64,000 bases of DNA from an uncultured delta proteobacterium. GTDB taxonomy: Bacteria > Desulfobacterota > Syntrophorhabdia > Syntrophorhabdales > WCHB1-27. The position numbers were made by a program, and so were the translations under genes. The DNA is taken from positions 64,001-128,000 of the forward strand of contig CAWEPK010000017.1 in assembly GCA_963810935.1 (NCBI GenBank). Direction: 5' to 3'. Positions 52,344 through 64,000 of the stretch are shown here, piece after piece; within the stretch, counting starts at the first letter, position 1, and each line of letters opens with the position of its first letter. The notes beneath the pieces are model-generated. The model was not told the origin of the DNA. It worked only from the letters and a program-made list of their open reading frames with translations, and made no database searches.

Positions 52344-55300
52344 TTATGGCTGCCCGTCGAGCGCGTTGCGGACGGCCAGTGCAATCTCCCTCTTCGTCAA
52401 CGGCTTCATCACGAAGCCGTTGATGCCTGCCGCCTTTGCTGAATCCGCGTCGACCAGGTGGCTGAAGCCCGTGCAGAGGATGACGGGGATATCCGGGCGG
52501 GCGGACAGGATGGCCTTCCCAAGCTCGATGCCCGTTATGTCAGGCATCGTCTGGTCGGTTATCACGAGGTCGAAGCGCGACGGGTCGGACGTGAAAAGGG
52601 CAAGGGCCTCGACGCTGTCGTTCCGCGTGGTCACCTCGTACCCGAGGTCTTCGAGCAAGCTCCCTGCCCATGTCGGTGAGCGGCTCCTCGTCGTCCACGA
52701 GAAGCACCCGCTCGTTGCCTCCGGGTATCGGTTCTTCCTCCAGGGCCGTTTCCTCCCGTTTCCCTTCGATCCTGGGCAGGTAAACGATGAATTCCGTGCC
52801 CTGGCCTGCCTCGCACTCCACGGTAATGTAGCCTTCATGCTGCCGCACGATGCCGAGCACGACCGAAAGCCCGAGCCCCGTGCCCTCGCCCCGCTCCTTG
52901 GTAGTGAAGAAGGGGTCGAATATCTTGTCGATGATATCGGGCGGCATCCCGACGCCCGTGTCCCGGACAACGAGCTTCATGTAAGGGCCCGCCTTCATAT
53001 CTGCGTCCTTCCAGGTTTCCGTGACCGTGAAATCGCTCAGCGTGACGTGCAGGATGCCGCCTGTCTCCCGCATGGCGTAGGCGGCGTTCGTGCAGAGGTT
53101 CATCACCACCTGCTGCATCTGCGTGGGGTCCGCATAGACCATGCCCGACTCGCTCTCCACCTTGACCGTTATGCTGATGGTCGAGGGGATGGAGGCGCGA
53201 AGGAGCTGCATTACCTCGCCCACTGTGTCGCTGAGGCGAAGCGGCTCTTTCTCGTGCAGGCCGCTCCTGCTGAAGGTGAGCATCTGCCTGACGAGGTCCC
53301 TTCCCCGCAAGGCGGCCTCGACCACCCTGCCTATGTCGTGCTTCTGGCGGCTCCCGTCCTCCGCCCTGCCTTTCGCCATCTCCGCAAACCCTACGATGGC
53401 GGCGAGGATATTGTTGAAGTCATGGGCTATGCCGCCCGTGAGCGTGCCGAGTGCCTCCATTTTCTGCGCCTGGCTAAGTTGCTGCTCGGTGCGCCTGGCC
53501 TCCGTGACGTCCAGGTTGATCTCGAGGACGGCCATGGGGTTGCCGTCTTCGTCCCTCTGGAGGGCCTGGCGGCTGAGCACCGTTATCCTGCGGCCGTCCT
53601 TGGTAGCGTGCACCAGGTCGCCGTCCCAGCGGCCTTCATCAAAAAGGGCGGTCGTATACTGATCGAAAGGCACGGCGAGCTGCGTATCGAGGAGGGTCTG
53701 GCTGAAGCTGCCCAGCGCTTCCGCCTTCGTCCAGCCGTATACCTCCACGGCCGTCGCGTTCCAGAACGTGATCCTGCCTTCCGGGTCGCGCACGATGACT
53801 GCGTTGTGTGCAAGCTCCAGAAGCTCCGCCTGCCTCCTGATGTCTTCGGTCCTCTCCCTTACCCGCTCTTCCAGCTCGTCGCGGGCCTTCTTCACCGCCT
53901 TCTCGCTCCTCATGCGGACTATGGCTACGGCCACTTGGCCGGCTATCGCCTTCATGAGTGAAAGCTCGTCTTCGCTGAAGGCGTCTTTTCCGGTCGCACC
54001 GAATGAGAGGGAGCCGACGACCAGCCCGTCGGGGCCTAATAGCGGGTTGGTGGCGTAGGCCCTTATGCCGTACGATTTGACGAAGTCCGATATGCGTAAG
54101 GGCGTATCCGCGCCATCGGCGCATCCCGCCTCAGCGCAGGCCCCGCAGCCCGACCCGTCGGAGAAGACGGCGGGAAAATCGACCGACTCGATCCGCGACG
54201 CCGCCTCTTCAGGGATGCCTGCAAAGGCATTCAGCTTCAGCCCGCCTGTCCCTTCGACGGTAAGGAAATTGAGGAACGCCTGGCAGCCGAGGCGCTCCAT
54301 CACTTTCGTGCAGATGGGGCCGACGAGCTTCGGCGGGTCCGGCTCCTGCAGCAGGTCGCCCGCCGTATCTGCGAGCAAGGCCAGCGACGCCTCGGCCGCG
54401 TCCCTGTCCGCCTTTCTTTCAAGGAGGGACTCGGCCATGTCGTCGAACGCCTGCGCGAGCTTGCCCAACTCCCCGCCTTTCACTACGTCCGATACATTCA
54501 CCCGGGCAACGCCCCCGGTAAGCTGCTCGGACGCCTTGACCAGCTTGAGGACGGGCTTTACGACCGCAGCCTCCCCCACGAACCAGACAAGCACGAGGGC
54601 GGCCAGGTATACGGCCAGGAGAACGGCCAGGTCCCTGTACATCGACGCGTAGGCCCTCGATACCGCGGAGGCCAGGGGAACGCTCAGGCGGACATAAAGA
54701 TAGGGGCCGGCCTCGTGCGGCAGGCTGACCCTCTTGTACACCACGATGCGGTGCTTTCCGTCGTTCCCGTTCGCCTCGAATGTCCCTTCCGGCCCGCCCT
54801 GCAGCATGTTGTCGAACATCACGCGGCTTGCGTCTGTGCGCCCGACGAGGCCCTGCGAAAATACGTCCTGGAGGCTCCTGGTCAGTATGGTCCCCTGATG
54901 GTCGAGCAGGGTAAGCGACGCGCCTGGCAGCAGGCTGTTATCATTCAGGGATTGCACGGTCTGCGGCAGGTTGAGGGCAACGACTATCACCGATATCAGC
55001 CTGCCCGACGCATCCTTCACAGGGTACCCGAAGTGGACGACGGGCTTTTTCACGCGCCTGCCTATGGCGTACTCGCCGGAAGAGAAAAGGCCCGTGCGGA
55101 CCGCGTTCTCGTAGTACCTGCGACCTGCCATCGACAGCGCGCCATCGCCGGGTATAGCGTAGGCCCAGGATGTGCCCGCAGCGTCGCCTATGCCGATCGT
55201 CGCATACTGCGGGTTCTGCTCAAGGAGCCGGACCAGGATGCGCTCGGTGGCCTGTGCGTTGCGGGACTGCACCTCGGGCAAAAAAGCCAGGGCCGTCACC

Positions 55301-55503
55301 AATTGCTGCACGCCCGCGACGACCGCCTGCTCCTCGCTCGCAATATTATTGACCACCCTCACGCATTCCTTGCGGGCGTCCTGTATGGCAGTCCTGCGCT
55401 CGGCCAGCCCCGAATGGATTATCAGGACCAGCGACGGCACGGCCAGCAAGGAAACGAATATTATTAATTGAGTGCGTATCGACCAGGATAGGAATCCGCG
55501 CAT
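52344..55503 (-). CDS. Hybrid sensor histidine kinase (Cache-HAMP-GAF-PAS-HisKA-HATPase-REC; frameshift near 52660)
   Basis: Two TM segments around a periplasmic domain; [38 protein letters not shown]. The REC domain VLLVDDE continues as [11 protein letters not shown] in a second frame. Confidence 0.9.
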
Positions 55504-55707
55504 CCGTTTGCTCCCCAACGTTCCCTGATGCTCCGAAAATCCTAACTTACATCGACGGCATTTACAACGTCAATCAGCCATTTTTGACCTCGCCGGGATG
55601 GGCGAAGGCAATATTCCGGGACATTAGCGCATTCTTCGTCATCTGAGGACAAAGGCGGCCTTAAAAGGCTGGCCTCGCCCGATAATCTGCTATAGTATAG
55701 GACCGCT

Positions 55708-56589
55708 ATGCAAGCACCCGGTGACAAAGAAGAGGAAGGCAGGACGCTAAAGAGAGTAGACGACCGCACGGTCCTCGTCGATTACGGCCCCATGCATATG
55801 TACATTCAGGCGACCGACAGGGGCAGGCCCCGCCTCGACCTCGCCGTAGAAGGCGGCAGAATGGCCGCAGGCGTCCTCGAAGACCAGGCCCGCTTCCTCT
55901 CCCTGCTCAAAAAGAAGGCGGGCGAAATAGAGGCGAAGGCGGACCTTCCCGCCGTTGTAGCCGGCATGGTCGTGGCAGCGCAGAAGATGGAGGCGGCCGA
56001 CCTGACGCCCATGGCCGCAGTCGCGGGCGCGGCATCCGACGCGGTAGCCGATTACTGCATAGAAAAAGGCGGCACAAAGATCATAGTCGATAACGGCGGC
56101 GACGTCGCGCTGCGCCTAAAAGGCGACGAGACGGCGCGCGTCGGGATCAAGACGGAAATAGACGCCCAGCGGCCGACGTACGTGCTAAACATCCCGGCCG
56201 GCGCAGGCATCGGCGGCGTAGCAACAAGCGGCCTGGGTGGCAGAAGCTTCACCAAAGGCATAGCCTCGGCAGTAACGGTGCTGGCCGAAACAGCGGCCCT
56301 CGCCGACGCAGCAGCGAGCGTAATCGCCAATGCAACCTACGTAGAAGACCCGGCAGTCGAGCGCTATCTGCCGGAAACGGTCTATCCGGACACGGACATA
56401 GCGGGGGAGTGGGTAACGGGGGCGGTAGGGGAGTTATCGGAGGGTAAGATAGACGAGGCGCTGACGCGCGGCCTTGAGGCCGCGCAGCGCCTCTGCGATA
56501 AAGGCTTGATTCTCGGCGCCTTTATCGCGGTGAAAGGTCGAACTACGTGGACAGCTACCTTAAATCCATACATCGCGGATTTAAGGTAG
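55708..56589 (+). CDS. UPF0280/ApbE-like protein
   Basis: DYGPM, LTPMAAVAGA, VDNGGDVA, GVATSGLGGRSFTKGIA, ADAAA. Confidence 0.8.
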   Translation: MQAPGDKEEEGRTLKRVDDRTVLVDYGPMHMYIQATDRGRPRLDLAVEGGRMAAGVLEDQARFLSLLKKKAGEIEAKADLPAVVAGMVVAAQKMEAADLTPMAAVAGAASDAVADYCIEKGGTKIIVDNGGDVALRLKGDETARVGIKTEIDAQRPTYVLNIPAGAGIGGVATSGLGGRSFTKGIASAVTVLAETAALADAAASVIANATYVEDPAVERYLPETVYPDTDIAGEWVTGAVGELSEGKIDEALTRGLEAAQRLCDKGLILGAFIAVKGRTTWTATLNPYIADLR

Positions 56590-56610
56590 CTGTCCAGCCG
56601 CTAACGCGGG

Positions 56611-56737
56611 GGCCGGAGATCCTTTCGCGCCTTTCGCGTCGATTTCTCGGCGCGAGTCCTCACATACACAAACCGTATGCTGCGGCTCGCTTCTTCGAAA
56701 AGCAACGCGAAATGCATCGAAAAATCTCCGGCCGAAA
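56611..56737 (+). repeat. ~125-bp hairpin repeat family D (MITE/REP-like), left copy
   Basis: Ends GGCCGGAGAT...ATCTCCGGCC; aligns over its length with the reverse complement of 58753-58881. Confidence 0.9.
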
Positions 56738-56864
56738 GGGCAAGACAAGTATCGGCCGGCAGAGCAACGGCTGATGGCAAGGAGAATTACTTCGTACAAC
56801 TTTCACTTCCTTTGTTCGAAAAATCGTGCGATATTACATATCATAAGGGGTTACGGGAGAAAGT

Positions 56865-57764
56865 ATGGCTGAATCAGCGGTTGTCGCACTCCAGCGTGAT
56901 GCTCTCGACCGGAGAGTTCCGATTACTGACCTTCTACGCAAGGCACTAGTTATCGCAAAAAAGCTTAGGATTTCTGAATTTGAGACTTGGATCACACACG
57001 AGTTAAACGGGTACGGCGAAACAAAAGATGTGCCAGAATATCGCTGGGTTAGGGGTACTGTTGAAGCATGGAATCCGTACCACGGCTGGACGCAGGTGTT
57101 TTTTCGCGATCACGAGAAGCAGGAGTTACTTTCCAAGCGACCGTGCGGTCTAGCCATCGCGGAGTTAGAGAATCTCACGGAAAAGAATACATCGGGACAG
57201 ACAATTCAAATGTCGTATTCTGCTTATATGGAACAACGGTTGCGAAAGTCAATTGACTTCGATACCGAAGTAACGTTGATGCTCCCTTCAAGCACCCTCG
57301 TACGCATTCTTGATGCTGTTAGGACCGTGGTCCTAAATTGGGCTATGAAACTTGAGGAAGAGGGAATAGCCGGTGTCGGGCTTGCGTTTAACGACAAAGA
57401 AAAGCGAACAGCAGGAAAAGGTTCATATGCGATAAACAATTTTTATGGCCCCGTTACTAATTCGCAGATACAACAGCAAACATACGGTTCGGTACAAGAG
57501 CCGATGACCGAACGGCTAGATATGGAAGTGCTCAAGGAGATACTGAAAGGTGTGAAAGACTATATTCACATGGGTACTTTGCCAGCAGCCGCGCGTGAGG
57601 AAATAGAGGCCGAGATGAAGACGGTCGAGGCGCAGTGTGCTTCTCCGAAACCGAAGACAATTATCATCAAAGAAAGCTTGAGCTCAGTGCGAAACGTCTT
57701 AGAAGGCACGGCCGGTTCGATTCTGGGCGCGAAACTCATGGCACTGATTCAGTTGGTACTATGA
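56865..57764 (+). CDS. AbiTii-domain protein (putative abortive-infection effector)
   Basis: LQRDALD..ITDLLRKALVIAKKL..FETWITHELNGY..VPEYR.VRG is the AbiTii-type N-terminus; AT-richer than flanks. Confidence 0.75.
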   Translation: MAESAVVALQRDALDRRVPITDLLRKALVIAKKLRISEFETWITHELNGYGETKDVPEYRWVRGTVEAWNPYHGWTQVFFRDHEKQELLSKRPCGLAIAELENLTEKNTSGQTIQMSYSAYMEQRLRKSIDFDTEVTLMLPSSTLVRILDAVRTVVLNWAMKLEEEGIAGVGLAFNDKEKRTAGKGSYAINNFYGPVTNSQIQQQTYGSVQEPMTERLDMEVLKEILKGVKDYIHMGTLPAAAREEIEAEMKTVEAQCASPKPKTIIIKESLSSVRNVLEGTAGSILGAKLMALIQLVL

Positions 57765-57815
57765 TCTTTCAGCTTGCTGTCATTACCCTTTATACTCCCT
57801 TACGCAGAGGATAAA

Positions 57816-58633
57816 ATGGACTGGATCCCTGCAATATCTACGACGACGGTACTGGCTTTTGTCGTCTGGCTATTGCGAAGCCTTATCATCACACGGTTAA
57901 CAAGGTCAGTAAGCCACGAATACGACAAGAAGATAGAAGATCTAAGAGCAATTCTACGTCAGAGCGAAGAAGCGTTTAAGGCTCAATTGAGGGCGAAAGA
58001 ATCTCAAATCGATGCATTGAGAACGGGTGCGCTGACAGGAATTAGCAATAGGCAAGCAGTCCTTTACCAGCGTCGAATTGTTGCCGTGGAACAAATATGG
58101 AATGCGGTAATATCTCTCGCGCCCGCGAAACAGGTGTCCGCAACAATGGCTATTCTTAAATTTGAAGCCGCGGCAAAAGAGGCGGCCAGAGACCCGCGTT
58201 TTAGGGAAGTGTTCGTGGCGATCGGCAAAGCGTACGACCCTGATCAACTTAGAACTGTCGAGGCTTCGAAGTCTCGTCCCTTTCTTTCGCACTCGCTTGG
58301 GCGTACTATTCTGCATACGAAGCGATAGTTGTTCATGCCGCGTTGAGGCTGAAGGCTCTTCAAAGTGGGATGGAGAAAGACTATGCTGACGTGGAGACCA
58401 TCACAAAGCTGGTAAGAGTCGCGCTACCGCATCGGGCTGAAATGATCGACAAGTTTGGTTCAGACGCTTTTCATTACTTTCTCGAAGAACTCGAGTCCAG
58501 CCTCCTGGCTGAACTTAGCAATATGCTACGTGGAGAAGAATCGGATAAGGAAAGTGTAGAACGAGCGGCTTTGATTGTAGAGGCGACAGAGCGCCTAATG
58601 AAGACTAATGAATCGATAAAAGAAAAGGGCTAA
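57816..58633 (+). CDS. Hypothetical protein with N-terminal TM helix and coiled coil (frameshift near 58290)
   Basis: ORFs 57774..58328 and 58343..58633 join with one added base (FLSP-LAWAYYSAYEAIVVHAALRLK). Confidence 0.6.
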
Positions 58634-58752
58634 TTTGACCACCGATCGTCATTACTTGATTATTGCATTAGCTGATACGAGGTGCCGATCCTTGGAATGA
58701 AAACCCTACCTTAAAGGGTTGACAGTTAGTAGGCGAACTATACGCGTGGTTT

Positions 58753-58881
58753 TTCCGGCCGGGATATTTTTGATGGATTTCGCGTTGCTTTTCGACCAAG
58801 CGAGCCGCAGCGTACGTAGTTGTGTACGTGAGGACTCGCGCCCGAGAAATACGACGCGAAAGGCGCAAAAAGATCCCGGCC
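58753..58881 (-). repeat. Hairpin repeat family D, right copy in inverted orientation
   Basis: Reverse complement GGCCGGGATC..GCGCCTTTCGCGTCG..GCGCGAGTCCTCAC..GCTGCGGCTCGCTT..TCGAAAAGCAACGCGAAAT matches 56611-56737. Confidence 0.9.
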
Positions 58882-58899
58882 GACTATGAGAGTGAGAAT

Positions 58900-60108
58900 A
58901 TGACCGACGATAGGCTTTGGACCAAAAACTTCATCATCATCGCTCTCGCTAATTTCCTGATCTACATCGTCTTCTACCTCTTGATGGTCGTCATCGCCGC
59001 CTATGCGGTGGATACGTTCCATGCTTCCACCGGCATGGCGGGGCTTGTCTCCGGCGTCTTTATTATCGGCATCCTGATCGGCCGCCTGGGGACGGGGCGC
59101 ATTGTTGAGGACGTGGGGAGCAGGAAAGTCCTGATCGTCGGGACACTGCTTTTTACGGTCACGTCCGCGCTTTACCTTGCCGCCGTCAGCTTGCCCCTGC
59201 TGGTGCTGATGCGGTTTCTGCACGGGCTGGGCTACGGGGTGGCGCACACGGCTGCGGGGACGATAGTAGCGCAGGTCATTCCCGACCGAAGGCGGGGGGA
59301 AGGCATCGGCTATTACACCATGAGCCAGATACTCGCGACGGCCCTGGGCCCGTTCCTCGGGATAGTATTGAGCCGGCATATCGACTTCAACATGATCTTT
59401 ATCATTAACTCGATCATAGCCGCTGCCGGATTCGCAATCTCTTTCATCATCACCCAACCGGCCCGTAAAGGCGTGAGGCAGGAGCAGGCCAAAGCCTCCG
59501 CGCGTTTTAAGGTATCGGGCTTCCTCGAATTGACGGCCATACCGATCTCGATTATCGTAATGATAATCGGTTTCAATTATTCCGCCATCCTGACTTTCCT
59601 GTCGTTGTACACCAAAGGGCTGCACCTGGAAGCGGCCGCGAGCTTCTTCTTTATTTGCTATTCGGCGGCAGTCGTCTTGTCGAGACCGTTCTCGGGGCGC
59701 CTGCTCGATGCCAGAGGCGCCAATTTCGTCGTATACCCCTGTCTGGCGATTTTTGCGATCGGCACGTTTCTGCTCGGCGGGGTCACTAATATAATAACCC
59801 TATTGCTTGCAGGGACTATAATGGGCTTAGGGTGGGGCAATTTCCTTTCCTGCGGGCAGGCAATATCGATAAAGAACGCCCCGTCCCACAGGCTGGGGCT
59901 GGCAACGGCCACATACTATATGTTCCTTGACGTGGGTTTCAGCCTGGGGCCCTATTTGTTCGGGTCCCTCCTGCCGTACACGGGATATCGCGGCTCGTAC
60001 TTCATTATGGCCGCAGTGACGGTTGCGACAATCGGCCTTTATTATTTACTTTCCGGCAGGAGGGGGGGCGAGCGCTTGCTTCGCCCGGCAACGACCTCTT
60101 CCGATTAA
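58900..60108 (+). CDS. MFS transporter
   Basis: LWTKNF, GRIVEDVGSRK, RFLHGLGYG, RRGEGIGYY, GRLLDARG; about 12 TM segments. Confidence 0.9.
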   Translation: MTDDRLWTKNFIIIALANFLIYIVFYLLMVVIAAYAVDTFHASTGMAGLVSGVFIIGILIGRLGTGRIVEDVGSRKVLIVGTLLFTVTSALYLAAVSLPLLVLMRFLHGLGYGVAHTAAGTIVAQVIPDRRRGEGIGYYTMSQILATALGPFLGIVLSRHIDFNMIFIINSIIAAAGFAISFIITQPARKGVRQEQAKASARFKVSGFLELTAIPISIIVMIIGFNYSAILTFLSLYTKGLHLEAAASFFFICYSAAVVLSRPFSGRLLDARGANFVVYPCLAIFAIGTFLLGGVTNIITLLLAGTIMGLGWGNFLSCGQAISIKNAPSHRLGLATATYYMFLDVGFSLGPYLFGSLLPYTGYRGSYFIMAAVTVATIGLYYLLSGRRGGERLLRPATTSSD

Positions 60109-60128
60109 ATGACGCGACGAGGATATAT

Positions 60129-60644
60129 ATGATAACTGAGATTAACGGAAAGAAACCGATAGTCGATCCCACGGCGTTTATAGCCGGCAATGCCATGGTC
60201 ATAGGCGATGTCACGATCGGCGCAGGCGCCAATATCTGGTTCCAGTCAATCGTCCGGGGCGATACGCACTATATACGGATAGGGGCGAACTGCAACATCC
60301 AGGACGCCTGCGTGCTGCACGTGGTAAGGGGCCGCTACCCTGTGATACTGGAGGACGACGTTGTCCTCGGCCACCGGGCCGTGGTGCACGGGTGCCATAT
60401 AAAGAGGGGGGCGCTCATCGGCATCGGGGCCGTCGTGCTCGACGGCTCGGAGATAGGCGAGGAGTCGATTGTCGGGGCGGGCGCGGTCGTCGCGCCGGGG
60501 ACCATCGTGCCGCCGAGGTCGCTCGTGCTGGGCACGCCGGGAAAGGTCGTCCGCACATTGACCGACGACGACGTCCTTGTGATCAGGGAGATGAACAAGC
60601 AGTACCTGGAGCTGAAGGAGATTTACAGAAAGGCGCTCCTTTGA
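60129..60644 (+). CDS. Gamma carbonic anhydrase family protein
   Basis: VIGDVTIG..IW..VRGD..IG..CNIQD..LH..GH..VHGC hexapeptide repeats. Confidence 0.92.
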   Translation: MITEINGKKPIVDPTAFIAGNAMVIGDVTIGAGANIWFQSIVRGDTHYIRIGANCNIQDACVLHVVRGRYPVILEDDVVLGHRAVVHGCHIKRGALIGIGAVVLDGSEIGEESIVGAGAVVAPGTIVPPRSLVLGTPGKVVRTLTDDDVLVIREMNKQYLELKEIYRKALL

Positions 60645-60663
60645 CGCGGGCAGTCCCCCGAAA

Positions 60664-60692
60664 TTGACATTTAATCCCCTATACGTTAGCAT
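60664..60692 (+). promoter_or_regulatory. Sigma70-type promoter for ssb
   Basis: TTGACA-17 bp-TAGCAT. Confidence 0.55.
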
Positions 60693-60730
60693 TTGATACT
60701 ATCTTATCCGTCGGTTATGGGAGGAAAGGA

Positions 60731-61168
60731 ATGTCGAACGTTAATAAGGTAATCCTTATCGGGAGGCTCGGGGCCGACCCCGAAATCCGCTATACCGCCG
60801 ACGGAACTCCGGTCGCCACTTTCAGGATGGCGACCAGTGAGACACGGAAGAACAAGGACGGCACTAAGTCCGAGCAGACCGAATGGCACAGCATAGTGGC
60901 GTGGCGCAAGCTCGGCGAGATATCGGCCGAATACCTCAAGAAAGGCAAGCTCGTCTACATCGAGGGCAGGATACAGAGCCGCGAGTACGAGGGCAGGGAC
61001 GGCGTCAAGAGGAAGGCCTACGAGATCGTGGCGTCGGCCATGAAGATGCTGAGCACTGCCGGGGGCGGACCGGGCGGCGACGACAGAAGGGGCGGCGGTG
61101 TTTCCCAGTCGCACGGGGACGACGACTTCGTGCACGAGAGCCCGGGCGAAGACGATATCCCCCTATAG
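60731..61168 (+). CDS. ssb: Single-stranded DNA-binding protein
   Basis: VNKVILIGRLGADPE, TEWH, YLKKGKLVYIEGR, acidic tail DDIPL. Confidence 0.97.
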   Translation: MSNVNKVILIGRLGADPEIRYTADGTPVATFRMATSETRKNKDGTKSEQTEWHSIVAWRKLGEISAEYLKKGKLVYIEGRIQSREYEGRDGVKRKAYEIVASAMKMLSTAGGGPGGDDRRGGGVSQSHGDDDFVHESPGEDDIPL

Positions 61169-61217
61169 GCCGCATATAGGGGCGCGGACAATTAAATTTT
61201 ACTCAGGGCCTCCTATA

Positions 61218-61524
61218 AATTACCCTGCTCAAAAAGCAGGATAATAAAGCAAGCGAATGCGCCGCGCTGAGCAGGGAGGCTCCATGAGCTTTGCTCGTGG
61301 AGGGGGCGCTGAGCCCCAATGATGATTGCCGCGCCAGCGGCAATAAAACGGAGCGCAGCGAAGTGCCGAGGGGGGAGGACTCCACGGACTTCGTTCGTGG
61401 AGGGGGCGCTGAGCCCCAATGATGATTGCCACGCCAGCGGCAATAAAACGGAGCGCAGCGAAGTGCCGAGGGGGGAGGACTCCACGGACTTCGTTCGTGG
61501 AGGGGGCGCTGAGCCCCAATGATT
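61218..61524 (-). repeat. Tandem array of structured repeat family A (3 units, 100-bp period), reverse orientation
   Basis: AGGGGGCGCTGAGCCCCAATGAT starts at 61301, 61401 and 61501; AAAGCAAGCGAATGCGCCGCGC matches the reverse complement of the 24.4-kb units. Confidence 0.92.
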
Positions 61525-61541
61525 GCTTAAAGGAGTCTTCA

Positions 61542-62986
<1,445 letters not shown>

Positions 62987-62987
<1 letters not shown>

Positions 62988-64000
62988 TGCGCGAGCACAT
63001 TTACTGGAAGAACGACGCGCTGTACGTCCTCGATCAGCGGCTCCTGCCTTTCAAGGAGACCTACATCCGCTGCGAGACTTCCAGGGACGCTGCAAAGGCG
63101 ATCAAGGAGATGGCTGTACGGGGAGCGCCGCTCATCGGCCTCGTCGCCGCCTACGGCGTTGTGCTCGGCGTCAGGGAGACGGCAGCGAGGCGCGGCCGTG
63201 TAAGGCCGGGCGACATCGAGCGCATCTGCCGCAGGCTCCAGGAGACAAGGCCCACCGCGGTCAACCTCACCTGGGCGCTTACCAGGATGAAGGCCGTGTA
63301 CGCGGAGCAGCAGGGCGCGGACGGCGTGGCCGAGATCATGCTGAAGACCGCCGTGGAGATGCACGAAGAGGACATAGAGAACAACCGCCGCCTCTCGATG
63401 TACGGGGCGGAATTGATCGACGACGGAGACACCATCCTCACCCATTGCAACGCAGGCGCCCTTGCCACGGGCGGCTACGGCACGGCCCTGGGCGTCATCA
63501 GGACCGCCCATGAGTCCGGCAAGGAGATACGCGTGATCGCCACTGAGACGCGGCCCTACTTCCAGGGGGCGCGGCTCACGGCCTGGGAGCTGCGCGAGCA
63601 GGGGATAGACGTCACGATCGTCCCGGACAACCACGCGGGCCTTCTGTGCGAGCAGGGCATAATCGACAAGGTGGTAGTCGGCGCAGACCGGGTGGCGCGG
63701 AACGGCGACACGGCGAACAAGGTAGGGACGTACATGATCGCACTGGCCGCCCACGACAACGAGGTGCCGTTTTACGTAGCCGCGCCCCTGTCGTCGTTCG
63801 ACCCCGCCATCAGGAGCGGGGAAGAGATCGACATCGAGGAGCGCGACGGCGAGGAGGTAAAGTACGTGAACGGCCGCCTGGTCGCGCCGGCGGACGTGCC
63901 CGCCAGGTACTACGCCTTCGATATCACGCCCGCGCGCCTTATCACTTATATCCTCAACGAGAACGGAGTACTCGAAAAACCCTTCGGCAAGTATATAAAA
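62987..64000 (+). CDS. mtnA: S-methyl-5-thioribose-1-phosphate isomerase (runs off the window end)
   Basis: Manual translation: MREHIYWK..LDQRLLP..MAVRGAPLIG..RPTAVNL..LTHCNAGALATGGYGTALG..ETRP..QGARLTAWEL..NGDTANKVGT. Confidence 0.93.

Noticed and set aside
52366..53961. Long antisense ORFs (e.g. 52366..53961 +, 32786..33730 -, 22069..23070 -, 8202..9158 +)
   Set aside because: They shadow well-supported genes on the opposite strand, as expected in high-GC DNA, and show no recognisable motifs.
56590..58890. Integron cassette array with attC sites
   Set aside because: The flanking hairpins are inverted rather than direct, lack clear RYYYAAC/GTTRRRY boxes, and no integrase is present.
61296..61524. 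CRISPR array (29-bp repeat with ~70-bp spacers)
   Set aside because: The two apparent spacers are near-identical to each other; this is a tandem duplication of repeat family A.
61419..61541. N-terminal extension of GatB (and similar extensions of the nitroreductase and IS transposase ORFs)
   Set aside because: The GatB extension translates repeat DNA, and in each case an RBS-supported start lies downstream (61542, 5595, 40270).

Overview
This is a GC-rich chromosomal window from an anaerobic bacterium; a Syntrophorhabdus-like Desulfobacterota member is inferred from gene content only. Main gene content: (i) a ~14-kb corrinoid-dependent methyl-transfer cluster (three corrinoid proteins, three UroD-fold proteins, a pterin-binding methyltransferase, a TRAP transporter, an aromatic-acid MFS, a two-component pair and a GntR regulator); (ii) an NrdR-boxed anaerobic ribonucleotide reductase operon (nrdD-redoxin-nrdG) ending in an orphan cas6-like gene, with no CRISPR array or other cas gene; (iii) oxygen-defence genes (perR-like, katG, cydAB); (iv) housekeeping genes (pssA, glgP, cysS, moeA, hldE, ssb, gatB, mtnA); (v) a second TRAP system. 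Two divergent IS110-family elements each sit inside a different palindromic repeat. For the second, a bridge-RNA-like non-coding region can be read directly from the sequence: its guide segments match the insertion site on both sides of an AG/CT core, and the joined ends rebuild a TTGACT-17-TATGCT promoter. At least four families of dispersed structured repeats occur. One forms ~100-bp tandem arrays with compensatory base changes next to cas6, and another brackets an AT-richer AbiTii defence-like cassette in inverted orientation. A 54-aa, 10-cysteine protein missed by the ORF track and a catalytically degenerate GAPDH homologue are also present. About nine genes carry single-base frameshifts that look like sequencing errors. 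No rRNA, tRNA or true CRISPR array was seen.
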